This document shows, in pieces, positions 11,990 to 25,826 of a stretch of DNA of 64,000 nucleotides. The first letter of the stretch is position 1. Each line of letters opens with the position of its first letter. A program made the translations under genes and the position numbers. Source of the DNA: Eledone cirrhosa (taxonomy: Eukaryota); NCBI GenBank assembly GCA_964016885.1, contig OZ024745.1:77314001-77378000 (forward strand). Direction: 5' to 3'. The notes under the pieces are model-generated. The model was not told the DNA's origin. It saw only the letters and a program-made list of their open reading frames with translations, and searched no databases.

Positions 11990-13227
11990 AATTATAACTA
12001 ACAAAACCAAAGCAGAGTAAAGCAAAAGAACCATGGAAATGCCATATTGAAAATGTCATAATGTGGTTAAAGCAAGATCTAATTAAAACTGAGCAGTGGT
12101 CTAGAGAAAAATGAAAAACAGAAAAAAGATTAATTGAGAGACATTAGACAAGAATGGATTCTATACAATAATAGAGCAATCAAAACAGAGGATTTTATCG
12201 AAAAGCCAGAAGATAGGAAGATATGTGAACAGAAATATGCAGTTCGAGGAAAATAGATTGTTCCAAAATAATCCCAAACAATTCTTCTGAATTTTGGAAG
12301 GAGACAATGGGAAGGATGTTGTTCCTAATGCTGACCAGGCCAAGGAGTTCTGGAATGGGATATGGGGAAATACAATAATGCATAGAAGGGAAGCTGAGGT
12401 GATAGAAACCATCAAGACAGAGATCCGAGGAGAAAACAGACAGAGACATTACCATAAACACAGCTGATGTGAAAGATCAAGAGGCCAAGGTACCAAACTG
12501 GAAAGCTCCTGAGATCCATGGCTTTGGGTTGAAGAGATGCAATGTTGTTCATGAAAGACTGGCAACTCAATTTAATGAATGTTTCCAGAGAGGTGCAGTT
12601 CTTTCTTGGATGGTAATGGGAAGAACAATGCTTATAATAAAATACAAAAGTAAGGGGAATGCTGTGGGGAAATTACCATCCTATAGCATGCCTGAACCTA
12701 ATATGGAAGGTACTTACTGGAATGTTTGTGGACAAAGCATATACATTTATTTTACAGAAAGGAACATTACCAAGGGAACAAAACAGATGTATGAGAAAAT
12801 CTCAGGGTACCAAAGATTACCTGGTGATCAATATGACAGTTTTAAAGCATTGTAAAAAACATTATATTAACATGTCTATAGCCTGGATTGACTTTAAGAA
12901 AACATATAATACGGTGCCTCATTCTTGGATTGTTGAATGCCTGCAGATGTTTGGTATTGCTGACAACATCACAAATTTTCTTCTGAATAGTATGCTAGAG
13001 TGGAAGAACAAGTTGCACTCGAGCAATGTATTCCTTGGAGAAGTAGGAATTAAAAGGGGTATTTTCCAAGGTGAGTCACTTCACCATTACTAATTGCCTT
13101 TGCCCTTATACCTATTAGAAAAGTTAAAATGGGTTACCAACGTGGTCATAAAGGACCATTCATAAACCATCTTCTGTTTATGGATGACCTGGAACTGTTT
13201 GGGAAATCTAAAAACCAGATAGATTCA
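11990..13227 (+). mobile_element. R4/Dong-like non-LTR retrotransposon, RT N-terminal part (frameshifted)
   Basis: PNWKAP...HERLA.Q...GRTMLI.K...NYHPIACLN..WKVLTG...AWIDFKK.Y..VPHSWI...GIFQGESL...HLLFMDDL. Confidence 0.85.
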
Positions 13228-13261
13228 TCATCACCATCATCACCATTTAATGTCCATTTTT

Positions 13262-13835
13262 CTATGCTACATCTATATTAATACCCATATCTTCTGCTGC
13301 ATATTGCAATAAATATTCGTGACTGCTTAGCAAATATTCTGCAAGCATTCTACTTTCACTCTTTATAAAATAATCAGCAATGATGAGACCTCTACCACCA
13401 TTCTTTTTCTTCATGGAGAAACTGTTCATATTTGCTTTAGGGTGCAAAGCTCCGTACAATGTTATCCACTTTCTCGCCTTTCTATCCAACTTTGCTTTTT
13501 CTTCTTCAGTCCACTGGAGAATGGATGCAGTATATTTAACCTCTGCAATTGTCCAGATATTCATTGCAGTAACTAGATTTTTATTACATTCAGGCTGGAT
13601 TTTAAAATAATTTTTACTCTTGTTAAATATGTCTCTTTAACCTTTTCTTTCATTTGTGTATGTAAAATGTTATCCAGTTCTAAAATCCTCACATATTTGC
13701 ATCCACTATCTTCTGGTTCTCCCAATAGCAACCTTAATCCACTACAGGCTGCTTTTTTCCATTTTCATATTGAGCACAGAACATTTGGAAATCTCAAATT
13801 CCATACCAGTATCACTACCACATATCTGGACTGTA
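13262..13835 (-). mobile_element. R4/Dong-like RT C-terminal part, inverted relative to 11990-13227
   Basis: TVQICGSDTGMEFEISKC... and LQWTEEEKAKLDRKARKWITLYGALHPKA...GGRGL. Confidence 0.8.
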
Positions 13836-14199
13836 CCAGGTTGTGTGTTGTGTTCTTGAGCAAAACACTTCATTTCACATTACTCCAGTACACAACTGAA
13901 AATGAGAACCAGCAGCAAGTGGTGGTTTAACCCTGCGATGTGATGGCATCCTTTCTAGTGGGGGAGTCTTTTACTCGCATTCACTTAATGCCATGGAAAT
14001 TAGGGTATGCACTGGCCTAATGAGCCTCCAGGCTTGAGACAGACTTTAGACTTTAGAAAATTAACCGCAACATGATTTGTACTCAGAACGTTCAAATCCT
14101 GCTGAGGTTAACTTTGCTTTTGATCCTTCCAGGATCACAAGGTCATAAACTAATAAATGGCATTCTCTTAAAGTCAATTTGGTCATATTTACTATCAAA

Positions 14200-14670
14200 G
14201 CATTTGATAGAGCTTGTTTCATGTGAGCCCCTGTTGCTTACAGCTCCTATGCATCTGCTATATTCTAAGTCTACATTTTTTGCTAGCCTGCCTGAGATCC
14301 TGTTTCATATCTTCTGTACTCATAATTTACATTTGGTATATAAAATAGAATTTCTACCTACTCCTTTCCTGCATATGGGCAAGGCCATTTCCTTGAAGGA
14401 ATGAAGGCCCCATTTTCCTTTCTACTTACTAGGACTTTATTATTTGCCAAGTTAACTTTAAAGCCTTTTGATTCCAAATTTTGTTTCCAAGACTGAAATT
14501 TCTTCTCTAATTTTGCCCCAGATTAGATTATTAGCATTTATGAGTTCCCATCGGCAACCAATTTTAAACTCCTCTATTATGACCTAGAAGACAATAATAA
14601 ACAGGAAAGGGTTGAAGACAGAGCCCTGGTGAACGCCCACCAGCACACTGAATTCTTCACTATACTCATT
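14200..14670 (-). mobile_element. Degenerate RTE RT fragment including the Cys-rich finger region
   Basis: Remnants VHQGSV..PFLFI..., LESKGFKVNLA, KWPCPICRKGVGRNSI. Confidence 0.7.
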
Positions 14671-15668
14671 ATATATGTACAAAAACAAACTGCACCTTGT
14701 CTAGAGTGATTCAATCCTCAATTGGTTATGCTATAACTCTTTCAGTAATTTTTGTGACCTAATTTATCAACTTGATTCCTCAGCTGTTTCCTCTTTCTAA
14801 TGTGTTAAATATATATGGCATATGACAGACCGACCATCTGGCCCAGGAGGGCATAAGAAATAGGATTTTAGTTATGATGAGAAAGTAATCCATCACAAGA
14901 CCCAGCCCTATCCTGCCTATCACACCCCTGATGCACCTCTCATGTCCAACCTGTGCATGCATGGAAATCCAGACATGCTCCACACCTGCTCTCCCATAGT
15001 GCTGGTGCCAAAACAAAAAATACTCAGTCCACAATGTATGGTGAGAGTACTGGTGTCACAACAATAAAAGCACCCTGTTCACTCTGTAAAGTGGTTATAC
15101 TGGTGCCACAACAAAAAAGCATCCAGTACAATCTTTAAGATGGTTGTAGTGGTACCACAATGAAAAGCACCCAGTGCACCCTGTTATGAGGTCATTCTGG
15201 TGCCACAACAAAAAGAAGTCATCCCCCCAATAAAGTGGTAGAGGTGGTGCCACATTTAAAGCTTCCACTATATGCTGTAGTGTGGTTGACATTAGGAAGG
15301 ACATCCAGTCATAGAAACCAAGCCAAAATCAGATCCATATGAGCAAGACATGGTCAACTGACTTGGCTAGCCAGATAACATAACAACCTATCTAACCTAT
15401 GCATCAAAAACAGATGCTAAACGGTGATGATGTGGATGATGACAATGCACATTATATATGTGTCTATATGCATATGTTTGAGTGGGTGTGTGTTTGTGCA
15501 CATGTACTGAAATTATACTTATGTGTTTGTATGTGTGTTTGGGTGAGCTGACATGATGGAGTGTATGCTTTGTTTTCAGAATAAACTGAGATGAAAATAC
15601 ATTGTTCAACATTTCTTATCATTTAGACACCTTTTACAGCAATTGCCTGTCATTATTTGTTTTTGTAA

Positions 15669-15860
15669 GGGCGGTGAGTTGGCAGTATCGGTAGAGGGTC
15701 GGATGCCATGCTTTAACGCATAGAATTACGGCCCTTGCCATTCTGAGTACAAATCCCGCCGAGGTTAACTTTGCCATTCATCCTTACGGGGTCGATAAAA
15801 TAAAGTACCAGTAATGCACTGGGATAATTGCTGGCCTTGTGCCAAAAGTAGAAACAATTA
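15669..15860 (+). mobile_element. SINE family B, full length
   Basis: gggcggtgagttggcagtatcgg...agaaacaattatt. Confidence 0.85.
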
Positions 15861-17984
15861 TTTGTTTTTGTATTTCTATTTTCATTATTCAGATTTAGCA
15901 AGTTATTATATTCATATACTAAACAACAAAGAAAAGATAAAATATGAATGTATTTTCTTTTCTTCTTTAAAAATATTTTTCTGAAGTATTTTTTAACCCT
16001 TTTTCTTTTACCAAACAGTGTTCAAATAATATATTTGCTAAGATTCATTTCAATAAATAAAAGATCCACCACGTGTGATACGAACACATCCATGGCAGAT
16101 TGCTGTGTTTAACTAACATTCTGCTTTTATCATGTCTTATTCTGCCACCAAGCTCTAATCTGACCTACTTATAGTTCTGTTATAGTAATACTATTTATTA
16201 GTGTGTTTTTACACTGATTCTAAACAATAAAATCCTCTTTGTGACATCCTCCTTGAAAAATAAGCCTTAATTTTCAATTTTTCTTGAAAACAAAAATATA
16301 TATATATAATATATAATAAATCAAAATATTACTTGTTCCTTGAATATGCATACTATGTATTTGTAGATGAAAAGGAAAAAATTAGAAAGTTTCTAAGGGC
16401 ATTAACAATATATAAGAATGTAATTTTAGCTGGGAAGTGAAACCAGGTAACTGATTTGATTTGACATCATAAACTACATCACAGCAGGGTAAGGGTTTAG
16501 TTTGCTCTGGGTGACACTTTTATGGGGGCAGCGTTTTGGGGTCTGCTGTATAAGCATGAATAGGTTGTAGGGGGCTGAGGAGGGGAGTCCAACTCAAAGC
16601 CTTTCCTGGGCAGCATGCACTTCTAACTACACCACTGATAGCACAGCATTTGCTCATAAAATTATGATAAAAATAGTAAATACCATGAAAAGAACTTTCA
16701 AAGATAAATTACTCTTTTCAGACTAAATATTGGTTTCTGGTTTAAGCACAAGGCCAACAATTTTTTGGGGAGGAGAAAGTTGATTAAATTGACCCCAGTG
16801 CATTACTAGTAGCTTGTAAAGATGAAAGGCAAAGCTAATCTTGGCAGGATTTGAAATCAGATCATAAAGAGGTGTAACCCTATGCCATAAAGCATGTTGT
16901 CCGATGCTCTACCGATTCTGCCAATCCACCACTTTTTCAGACTAAATATTAAGAAAACTAAATAATTGAATAATCTTTATGTACTTCCAACTATAAGCTT
17001 CCAAATATTTTAAACACTTTTAAAATATAAATTAGTAGTATATACCTCTATAATTATCATCTTAATTTTATTTATAAACTATGCTTTGTATAGGTCAAAA
17101 TATCTGTCCTACTATATTTTAACCCTTTTGTTATCAAATCAAATAAACTGCCTTGATTCTACAATACAAAACTTTTGATTTAAAATATTTATATTTATCT
17201 AAAATTATTCCATCATAAATATTAAGATGTGTGCTAAGCAGCACCAGAATATAATAAAGTTATATTTTCATATATACAAGCATATAAAGGTATTTATCAT
17301 TTTTTAAATTTACAGGGAAATACATATATTTGGCATGGATACATGTCTACACACTCAATCTCTAAATCTATATACACATTTGTGAGATCTCAGTTATCTC
17401 TCTTCTACAGATATAATTTACCTTCCATTATGTAATAAACTCAGTTAAGTTGCGCACTGTATATCATTAGAAATACAGTAACAAAACAGTTAACAAGTAG
17501 AATCTGTACAGAGATTATCTCACATTTTATTTATAAAGATACTTGTAAAGTATTTATAGCAGATCATTTATCAACTATTGTATAACAATGAAATGGTGAA
17601 AGAACTATAACCACACAAAAATATAAACAAGTAAAAAATGCTTTTAAATTTTTACAAAAGTAAATAATTTCATTCAGTAATAATTGGACGTCAGTATGAG
17701 CTGATAAATAAATATTTTGTTTTACTTCACATCCTTCTGTCTTCACACTGACAGGAGTAACAATTGATCAAATTAATACAATGTTAACTTTTCTACAGAA
17801 AAAAGGTAGGTTTATATTTCACTGCAGCTGGTGCTTGGCTATGATTTAAAAGGAGCAAGACAAAGAAATATACAGTTGCAAAACCCAAAAGAACCTGGAG
17901 ATAAACTGTCAGTAAATTGCAGAGGTCTGTGAAGGAACAAACTAGCTATTCAATTAAATGGAGATATGCAGGCAAGGAGTGAGG

Positions 17985-18375
17985 GAAGTAATCTGACATG
18001 TTTCGATTTTATTAGACTTCATTCTTCTTGTGATGCTAAACTCCACCAGTTGCAGACTGTGCATAAACATGTGATATCTTTCTCCACAAAGTTCGATCAC
18101 CAGCAGCAGAGTTCAAAGAGCAAAGATCAAGTCCAGTCCATAAGTTGACATTGTCAAGCCATCGTTTTGGCTGCTGGCTTCTGCTTCTCTTACCAGCCAG
18201 CCTTCCTTCCAGGCATAACCTACTCACACCATGAGTTGATCTTTTTATATGGCCGTATAGTTTGAGTACTCTTGACTTGACAATTGATATAATTGGTTTA
18301 AGTTTGGTAATGTTGAGCAGCTCACTGAGCTGCTTGCCAGTCATAAGTCTCATGATGTGGTTCTGGAATGTAGAG
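17985..18375 (-). mobile_element. RTE-like LINE 3' fragment
   Basis: ORF 18036-18353: KSRVLKLYGHIKRS....RLCLEGRLAGKRSRSQQPKRWLDNV..WTG. Confidence 0.8.
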
Positions 18376-20339
18376 AGCTTCTCATTAGAAAAGAATGAAA
18401 TAAATTTACTGATTAATCAAAGTTGAGGTGGAATGGCTTTTGCAGCAGTTGCAACTGGCCATTCTCCTCAACAATACCTTTACCATTTTATCTGCGAGGT
18501 ACAGCTGAAACACCACTCAGACTGGAATGCAGTGCATGTCACCCCCCCCCCCCCTTTTCCTTTCTTTTGTTACTTAATTCCCTTTCTTTTTTCCTTACTC
18601 TTTTTCTCATTTTCCTCTTTCTTTTTTTTGTTTCCCCATTGCCCTACATATTATAGAGTTTTTATTTATACTACTGGATATTTTGTATTGCAATAAATTC
18701 TGTTTTATATATATAAGGACCTAAATATGTGCAGGAGTTCCACAACTTTTCAGATAATTGGAGCATCACTAAAGTCAAATTGAGAGTAATGTAGCTATAT
18801 GTAGTTATTTCTTTCCAAGTTAAACTGGAAGTTAGTACTACAAACTAAGAAAACAGTCAACACTGTGATTCCACTGCTTACATCAATTAACTCTAAACAT
18901 CCTGTAAAGATTGAGTAGAAATGTTTAAAAGCAGGTTTGTTAATTCAAATGTTTATAGAAATGTTTCTTTGTAAAATTTTGCTGTATTAAACTAAAGTAA
19001 AAGCTAATTTCTAATGTTTTGTACTTTTCAAGAATGTCTTGCTAATGCAGTTTCATGCAGTACAGGGTATTCAGATCCAATTTAAATAACTTATGCTATT
19101 TGTTTTCAGCTAAATAATGTGGGTCACTAAGTTGTGTCTTTACAATGAATGCAGAAGAGTGTTAGAAAGAATATACCACTTGTCACCACTTCTTATGTAG
19201 CTAAAACACTTCTACTATTACTTCTATAGTTTTCTTACCAAGGAAGATTCAATATTTGAACAAGTAGAGGGGTGTGTAGAATACTTGATTAAAACACTGC
19301 CAATCACACACTATATCTTAAATAATAGTGATTTCTTATATAAACTAGAAACATCCTATTTATAAGAGTTAAGAAATTAAAAAAATTTGATATGTTTTTC
19401 CAAAAATTAACCTTTTGTCACCCAATCCACCCTGTACAGTGGTAGTGGTGGTTTCACAAAAAGCCAGATGCCCATCCTGGTGTCCATAGGGATATCTGGC
19501 TGTAAAGTGGTTGGCATTAGTAAAGGTATCCTGCCATAGAAAACCAAGCCCAAAACAGATCATAGGAGTTAGACATCACCTGACCTGGCTAGCCTCATAA
19601 CATAACCTTTCTAACCTATGAAAAACATCGAAAATAGACATTGAACAGCAAATATGATGATGGTGATTTATAATGAAATACACTGCCAATAATTTTCAAA
19701 TTTTGAAAATAATCTAGAATTTAGGGATTTAGTAAATTAACTAACTTCCTCACTATTAAGTTGATGTTTGTAAGATTCCCACATAGGTTTTTAGATAAAT
19801 ATATATGGCCATCATCATTTTACATCCCCTTTTCCCTGCTTGCAAGGGTGGGACAGGTCCTCTTCAGCACAGCATCTCTCCATTCATCACAGTCTCTCAT
19901 TATCTCCTCTGTGAGTTTCAGCGATCTGAGGTCAGCTCTCACCACCTCCGCCATGTTTTTTTGGGTCCTCCTCTACTGTGTCTTCCTTCCAATTTAGAGT
20001 AGGTACACAGTATCCTGTGTTGAAAGCTATTAAGAGGGTTAGTGTCTGGAAGGGCATCTAGCTGGAAAACATTACCTCAAAAATTTCCATCCAACCCATG
20101 TCAGCATGTAAATGTCAGTGTAAAAACATTGGTGATAAACGTATGAATAAATATAAACAAATTGACTCACAACTGGGTCAGTTGTTGATCCAACTTCCAA
20201 AGAACTTAATTACATACTACATTATATCTCTAATAATATTGATTTAGTTTTTAATGATCACTTGTGCTCTGCTTCACATACATCATCATCATTCAATGTC
20301 CATTTTCTCTGCTAGTAAGAGTTAGATAACAGGCAGAGA

Positions 20340-21213
20340 CTTCTTCTTCACTTACTTATTCCTAAGAGAGTTGTTGGGGGCAGAGTCTTCAAACACTCCT
20401 TCCAGCAGGTCCTGTTAGAAGCAACCATCTCCAATTGATTTGGCTTCATCCCCAAGTGAGACAAGCCAAGCTCATGGATGTTATCCAACCATCTTGTTCA
20501 GTGTCTACCCTTGGGTCTCTCATCAGTTGGTTTGGCCTGTAAAATCTGTCCAGCAATTCTTTCCTGAGGTATTATAACCCACATGTTCATAGTATCGGAG
20601 CTGTGATCTCTCAATTTGGAGAAGTAGCAGCTCTACCTGTGACTCTCTGATGTCCAAGCTATACACTCTATCGAGTAACATTACTCCAAAGTCCATTCGG
20701 AGGAACCCCATTTCAGCCGCTTGTATTCACAATCATATTCTTTCGATCATTACCCAAGATTCATAACCATAGGTAGGGGTTGGCACAAATACCAAATGGG
20801 ACATTAGTGTGTTTGGCTTTTACACCTACCTCCCTTCTTATTATTACTGAATGCTGTAGCTGGCACATTACTGCACCAGCTCCTGCAATTCTTGCACTTA
20901 ATTCTGCCTCCTGCCTTCCATCACTCATAAACACGGCCCCAAGATACTTGAACTTCTCCACTTGCTTCAGTGGAACTCCATTCACATGTAGAGTGCACTA
21001 CGCAGGCTTCCTTGAGAGGATGAGTGTCTCAGTCTTCACAGCACTGATTTTCATTCCAGCCATGCAGCACTCAGCATTACACCTATTAAGTGCAAGTTGA
21101 AGATCACTTTCTGTTGGGTTAACTAACGCCATGTCACCTGCAAATTTCAGCCGACTGATTTTACACCTGCCAGTTGTGATACCACTTCCAACCTGGCTGC
21201 ACATGTCAATTCT
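20340..21213 (-). mobile_element. RTE (Expander/Rex3-like) LINE 3' half, degenerate, (GAA)n tail
   Basis: LKFAGDMALV, GMKISAVKTE, LKQVEKFKYLG, IERSQLRYY. Confidence 0.85.
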
Positions 21214-21957
21214 CATCATCATCATCAACGTTTAACGTCCGTGTTCCACGCTTGCATGGGTTTGGACGGGGGTTTTCCCACTTGAGGCAAGAGTGGTTGT
21301 CTTGCTCGCATAGGACTGTCTGGCAGGTTTTCTACAGTTGGATGTCCTTCCTAAAACCAACCACATTTACAGTGTGGGGCTGGGAGGTTTTTACCGTGTT
21401 GCCTACACGGCCACATTACAGCGTGGACTGTGTGGCGGGTTTTCTACAGCTGGATGCCCTTCCTAACACCAACCACATTTACAGTGTGGGGCTGGGAGGT
21501 TTTTACCGTGTTGCCTACACGGCCACATTACAGCGTGGACTGTGTTTTTTTGTCGTGACACCTACACGATCTCATTCGTTTCGGCCTCTGGATGTTGTGG
21601 CACCAACATAACTTTACATTGAAAGGGGCGGTGTGGATGGGGGGGGGGGGGTATTTTGTTAGACATGCCTACTGACTGTAGTAGGTTTTACTATGTATTT
21701 AGGTAAGGCGGGTCTTCTCTATTACTGAGTACCGCCAAAGGTCTCGGTCCAGTGACATTGTCTTGGAGAGGTGTAAGTGTGTGAGGTCGGAGTTTATCAG
21801 CTCGTCCCAGGTTTTTCTAGGTCTGCCTATTCCGTGGCTACCGTCTATCTTTATTGCCCTGCACTTTGTTATACAGCTATCGACTTTCATGCGCATCACG
21901 TGTCCATACCAACGTAGCCTTCTCTCGAGTAAACAACATCTGATCCCTCTTATTTCT
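21214..21957 (-). mobile_element. Young RTE LINE, 5'-truncated copy
   Basis: Reverse complement of the 3' end of 53808-55708. Here the codon matching 54990 is TGG (RLRWYGH). Confidence 0.9.
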
Positions 21958-23266
21958 GTTCATGAAAATAATGAATAGGAGAGGTGAGGGTACACTCACT
22001 TGGCAGAGACCAATTCCCACATATACTCAAATAGAACAACTGACCTCTCAAACAGGTTGGCAACCTGCATTTCACTTATATACATTTTCATGCTCTGCAG
22101 GTTAATATTATACATCTAAGTTCTTCTGAGGTTTTAGGGAAATGTAAACATGTTCTATTAGATGTATAATGTTACATTGCAGTGAGCCAAAAGTGAAGCT
22201 GAACTTGAGATACAAATGGATAATGTTGTGAGATTACCTGATTAACTAAGTAACTAGCATATAACTGACATCAATTGATAACTTTTAACACTGAATAATT
22301 TGATGATTTCTACATCTAAGCAATTCTCCCTGATGTACCTGCTAAGATCAAATATCACTCTCTAGGACATTACTTAACAGCTTTCTATTATTGCGAAAAT
22401 TATATTTATACAGTTTTAAACTTCTTTACTTACTCATGTAAGAGAATATTTAATATAATATTGCATGTCTTCATTGTTTTAATTTTCTTTAACCAATTCA
22501 ATCCATTACATAATTGATTTCTTTAAACTGCTGCAATCACATCTACAGCATGATGTACCATTCATGTTATTATACAAATTTTTACTTTAATCTTTCCTAT
22601 TCAGTAACTAGTGCTGCAAATTGTTACTCCATTTGTTATTCTAATTATATTTATTAGATGAAACTATTATTAGCCAAGGTAATCACAGTTGAGATCTTAT
22701 TCCGCTAGTCTCAGTGAAACTATAATTTGCTTTTTAAGAAAAAAGGAGCCTAAAATTGTATTAAGCAAAATATTTTATCTATTTAATGATCTAAGCTGAC
22801 CAAAGATTTGACACACCTTTAAAAATAAAAAAAACATTTCCTATTCACAAACTCCAGTAGACCATAAAGCTAGTATTTATCTTTAGTTTCTGCAGTCATA
22901 ATCATATTTGCTAAGTCTTCTTTGGTGTATAATATCAATATTTCACATTTTAATTCGTTTTTCAGATAGATACCCTAAGGTCCAATGACTTAAGTACTTC
23001 AACAAGCACAAAATGCAAAAGATGAATTCAAAATAATCAAACTGATGACCAAGCATTTGAATGAGAAATCTAAATGCTTGCACACGGCTATGGACTTGCA
23101 TAAAAATTAATAAATGTAGCCAGAATAAAAAATGTAGGAGATACAATTAATGTCATTCTTTTGTTTTGAATTTTTTTCATCTGTCTTTCAGTATATTAAT
23201 ACATTTTGTAGAGGGATGAATATAGTAGATTGATTTGATTTCATATAACTAGTATTCACTAGATGA

Positions 23267-23498
23267 GTGAAGGCGTGTGGCTGAGTGGTTAGAGAATTGG
23301 ATTCACAATCTTGAGGTTGTGAGTTCAATTCCTGGACCGGGCGATGCGTTATGTCCTTGAGCAAGACACTTTATTTCACGTTGTTCCTTCTACCTGGAGT
23401 TGCGACCGATAGATAGTACTAGCAACTGGAAAGACCAATGGAAACATTGTTTCCTCGGTCCGATTTGACGAAAGTCGATCGATCCTCCTCGATCCTCC
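23267..23498 (+). mobile_element. SINE with family A head/core but a different 3' tail; 11-bp TSD
   Basis: TSD tcactagatga at 23256-23266 and 23499-23509. A box tggctgagtgg, B box gagttcaattc. Tail ends (gatcctcctc)2. Confidence 0.85.
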
Positions 23499-23868
23499 TC
23501 ACTAGATGATGAAAGGCAAATTCAATCATCATCATCATTGTTTTTACATCCATTTTTCCACACTTGCATGGGTTGGATGGGTCCTTCTCAGCACAATGAC
23601 TGTTATACAACAGTCATTGGAGTTAAGTAGCTTATAATATAAAAAATAACCTTCTTTCAGTAAAAGCTTTAGCTCCAATAAATTCCATCTCACCCAACTA
23701 GCTGCGAAAATTAAAGCAAGGCAGTAAAAAACATATATATATAAAATAAAATAAATTACACAACAAAATTATTGTTCTATATATATATATATATTAGAAT
23801 TTAAAAAATGAATGCAATTCGCGATTCCAAAAGCAGTAAAACTGATAACAATGAATTAAAGTTTATGA

Positions 23869-24068
23869 TTAATCTTGAGAATCTTGTGTTGATAACTGCT
23901 TTAGATTTGCTATGAGTTGTCTCTGGTGATGATCAAGTAAACTGGAAGCATTGGCACTATTAGATCCCAGTGTACCAAGAAATTGGCTTTGTACATTTTC
24001 TATTGATGGCAACTTAGAATAAGCTAGAATTCCATCACGAGTTAATAAATGGTTTTCAACAGCACCAC
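23869..24068 (-). CDS. MRPL10: MRPL10 coding exon 5 (terminal, includes stop)
   Basis: ttttcag| acceptor. GGAVENHLLTRDGILAYSKLPSIENVQSQFLGTLGSNSANASSLLDHHQRQLIANLKQLSTQDSQD* matches the MRPL10 C-terminus ([23 protein letters not shown]...QGELVGGL...HSLLQHQPLQL). Total CDS 726 nt = 241 aa plus stop. Confidence 0.95.
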
Positions 24069-24478
24069 CTGAAAAACAAGAACAAATCATAATTAGCATA
24101 CTGAAACTCTTGTAAGCACAATAAACAAGTTTAACTCCTTGACAAAGACGTTTAATGATGTCTTTACATTGAAGAATATGGAACCATTTTTATAAAATAG
24201 ACAATAACTATGTTTGGAGAACTTCAAACAAATGGCTACTATAACAAATGGGATATACTACTGCTCCTTTTTTTTAAGTCAACCCATCAGAACCTTGAGC
24301 TATCAAGCATTGAACTTACAAGGTTAATAATTGTTTCTACTTTTGGCACAAGGCCAGTAATTACCCAGTACATTACTGGTACTTTATTTTATCGACCCCG
24401 TATGGATATACTACTGCTCCTTTTTTTGAAGTCAACCCATCAGCACCTTGAGCTATCAAGAATTGTACTTACAAGGTT

Positions 24479-24669
24479 AATAATTGTTTCTACTATTGGC
24501 ACAAGGCCAGCAATTACCCAGTACATTACTGGTACTTTATTTTATCGACCCCGTAAGGATGAAAGGCAAAGTTAACCTCGGCGGGATTTGAACTCAGAAT
24601 GGCAAGGGCGGTAACTCTATGCGTCAAAGCAAGGTGACCGGCCCTCTACCGATACTGCCAATTCACCGC
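24479..24669 (-). mobile_element. SINE family B in MRPL10 intron 4 (3' part plus flank tandemly duplicated, 24251-24555)
   Basis: Reverse complement of the family B consensus; 153-bp direct repeat. Confidence 0.85.
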
Positions 24670-25826
24670 TAATAATGTGGCCTAATCATGTGAAAGGCAC
24701 TTTAGCAAAATTTCTGTAGGCTTCCTATTTGCTTAAACATACCAAAAATTTAAAGACTCCTAACAACTTAAAAATATTACAAAATGGTTTTCAAACATTA
24801 TGCAAAACTTTAGAAGAGTAACTTAAAGTGTATCTTCATGGCTAAGTTATCAGATTCAATAGAATAAATTAACTCCTTCTTGTAGATCATTACAGTACAC
24901 AAAATGAAGAGGGATCTAGGTTTTTAGGGTTCTATGATGTAAATGACCAAAACATTTGTGACACTACAGGAAACTGGTCAACCACCTGATCACCTACCAC
25001 TCAGGTGAAGATGCAAACTAGATAGACTTTATACTCTTCAAGATAAGGAATAGACAGACAGTTGTGAATACTAAGTTTTTTGCTGATTAAGTATGTACCA
25101 CACAACATAGATTAATGATTAGTGATATCAGTAAAAGCTAAACGAATCCAGTGACAAAAGACAATCTAAAGAAGAATGGTTTCAAAGCAGAAAGATCCCT
25201 CAGTCAGACATAAGTTCAAAGTAGTAGTAGGTGACATACATGTCAAGAAAGAGAAGGAGACATATGAGACTTTCTACAAGACAACATACTACAAGTCACA
25301 GCACAGCACAGATGATGATGGAGCAAGGTTGTAGCAAAAATGGAAGATAATAGAGTGATAATAGAATAGTACAGTAGATAGATTCATAAAAACTAAGAGA
25401 CAAGTCTGAAAAGAATGGCAGAAAGGAGAAGGCAAGAAACCAGATAACTAAATGGAAAGCAAAATATGAAGTATACTTAGCAAGGCAAGATGTGGAAAAT
25501 AATGATTTTAGCTTTAAATAATCACTATAATAATCGTTTTTTTATACTGACACAGGGCCAAAAATGTTAAGGCAAACACAAAATATAATCAACTTTAGTA
25601 CATGCTTGATATATATATATATATATTACTGACCCCAGAAAGACAAAAGGTGAAACTGTCCCAGACTGTATCTCAGCCCAGGATTTAGAGGGAGCAAACT
25701 AAATATGAGGTAATTTGTTCAGTACTCAGCAGTTTCAGAAATTTCATTATGAATTACAATAAAATGTATTTCTTAGACAGATACTTGCTCATAGTGATGT
25801 GCAGGAGGATCATACCTTGAACCACA

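Noticed and set aside
17828-17932. Possible plus-strand exon (cag|LVLGYDLKGARQRNIQ...)
   Set aside because: Weak splice signals, no partner exons and no recognisable homology.
24210-24575. 121-aa ORF with an internal repeat
   Set aside because: Read-through of a tandem duplication and an antisense SINE.
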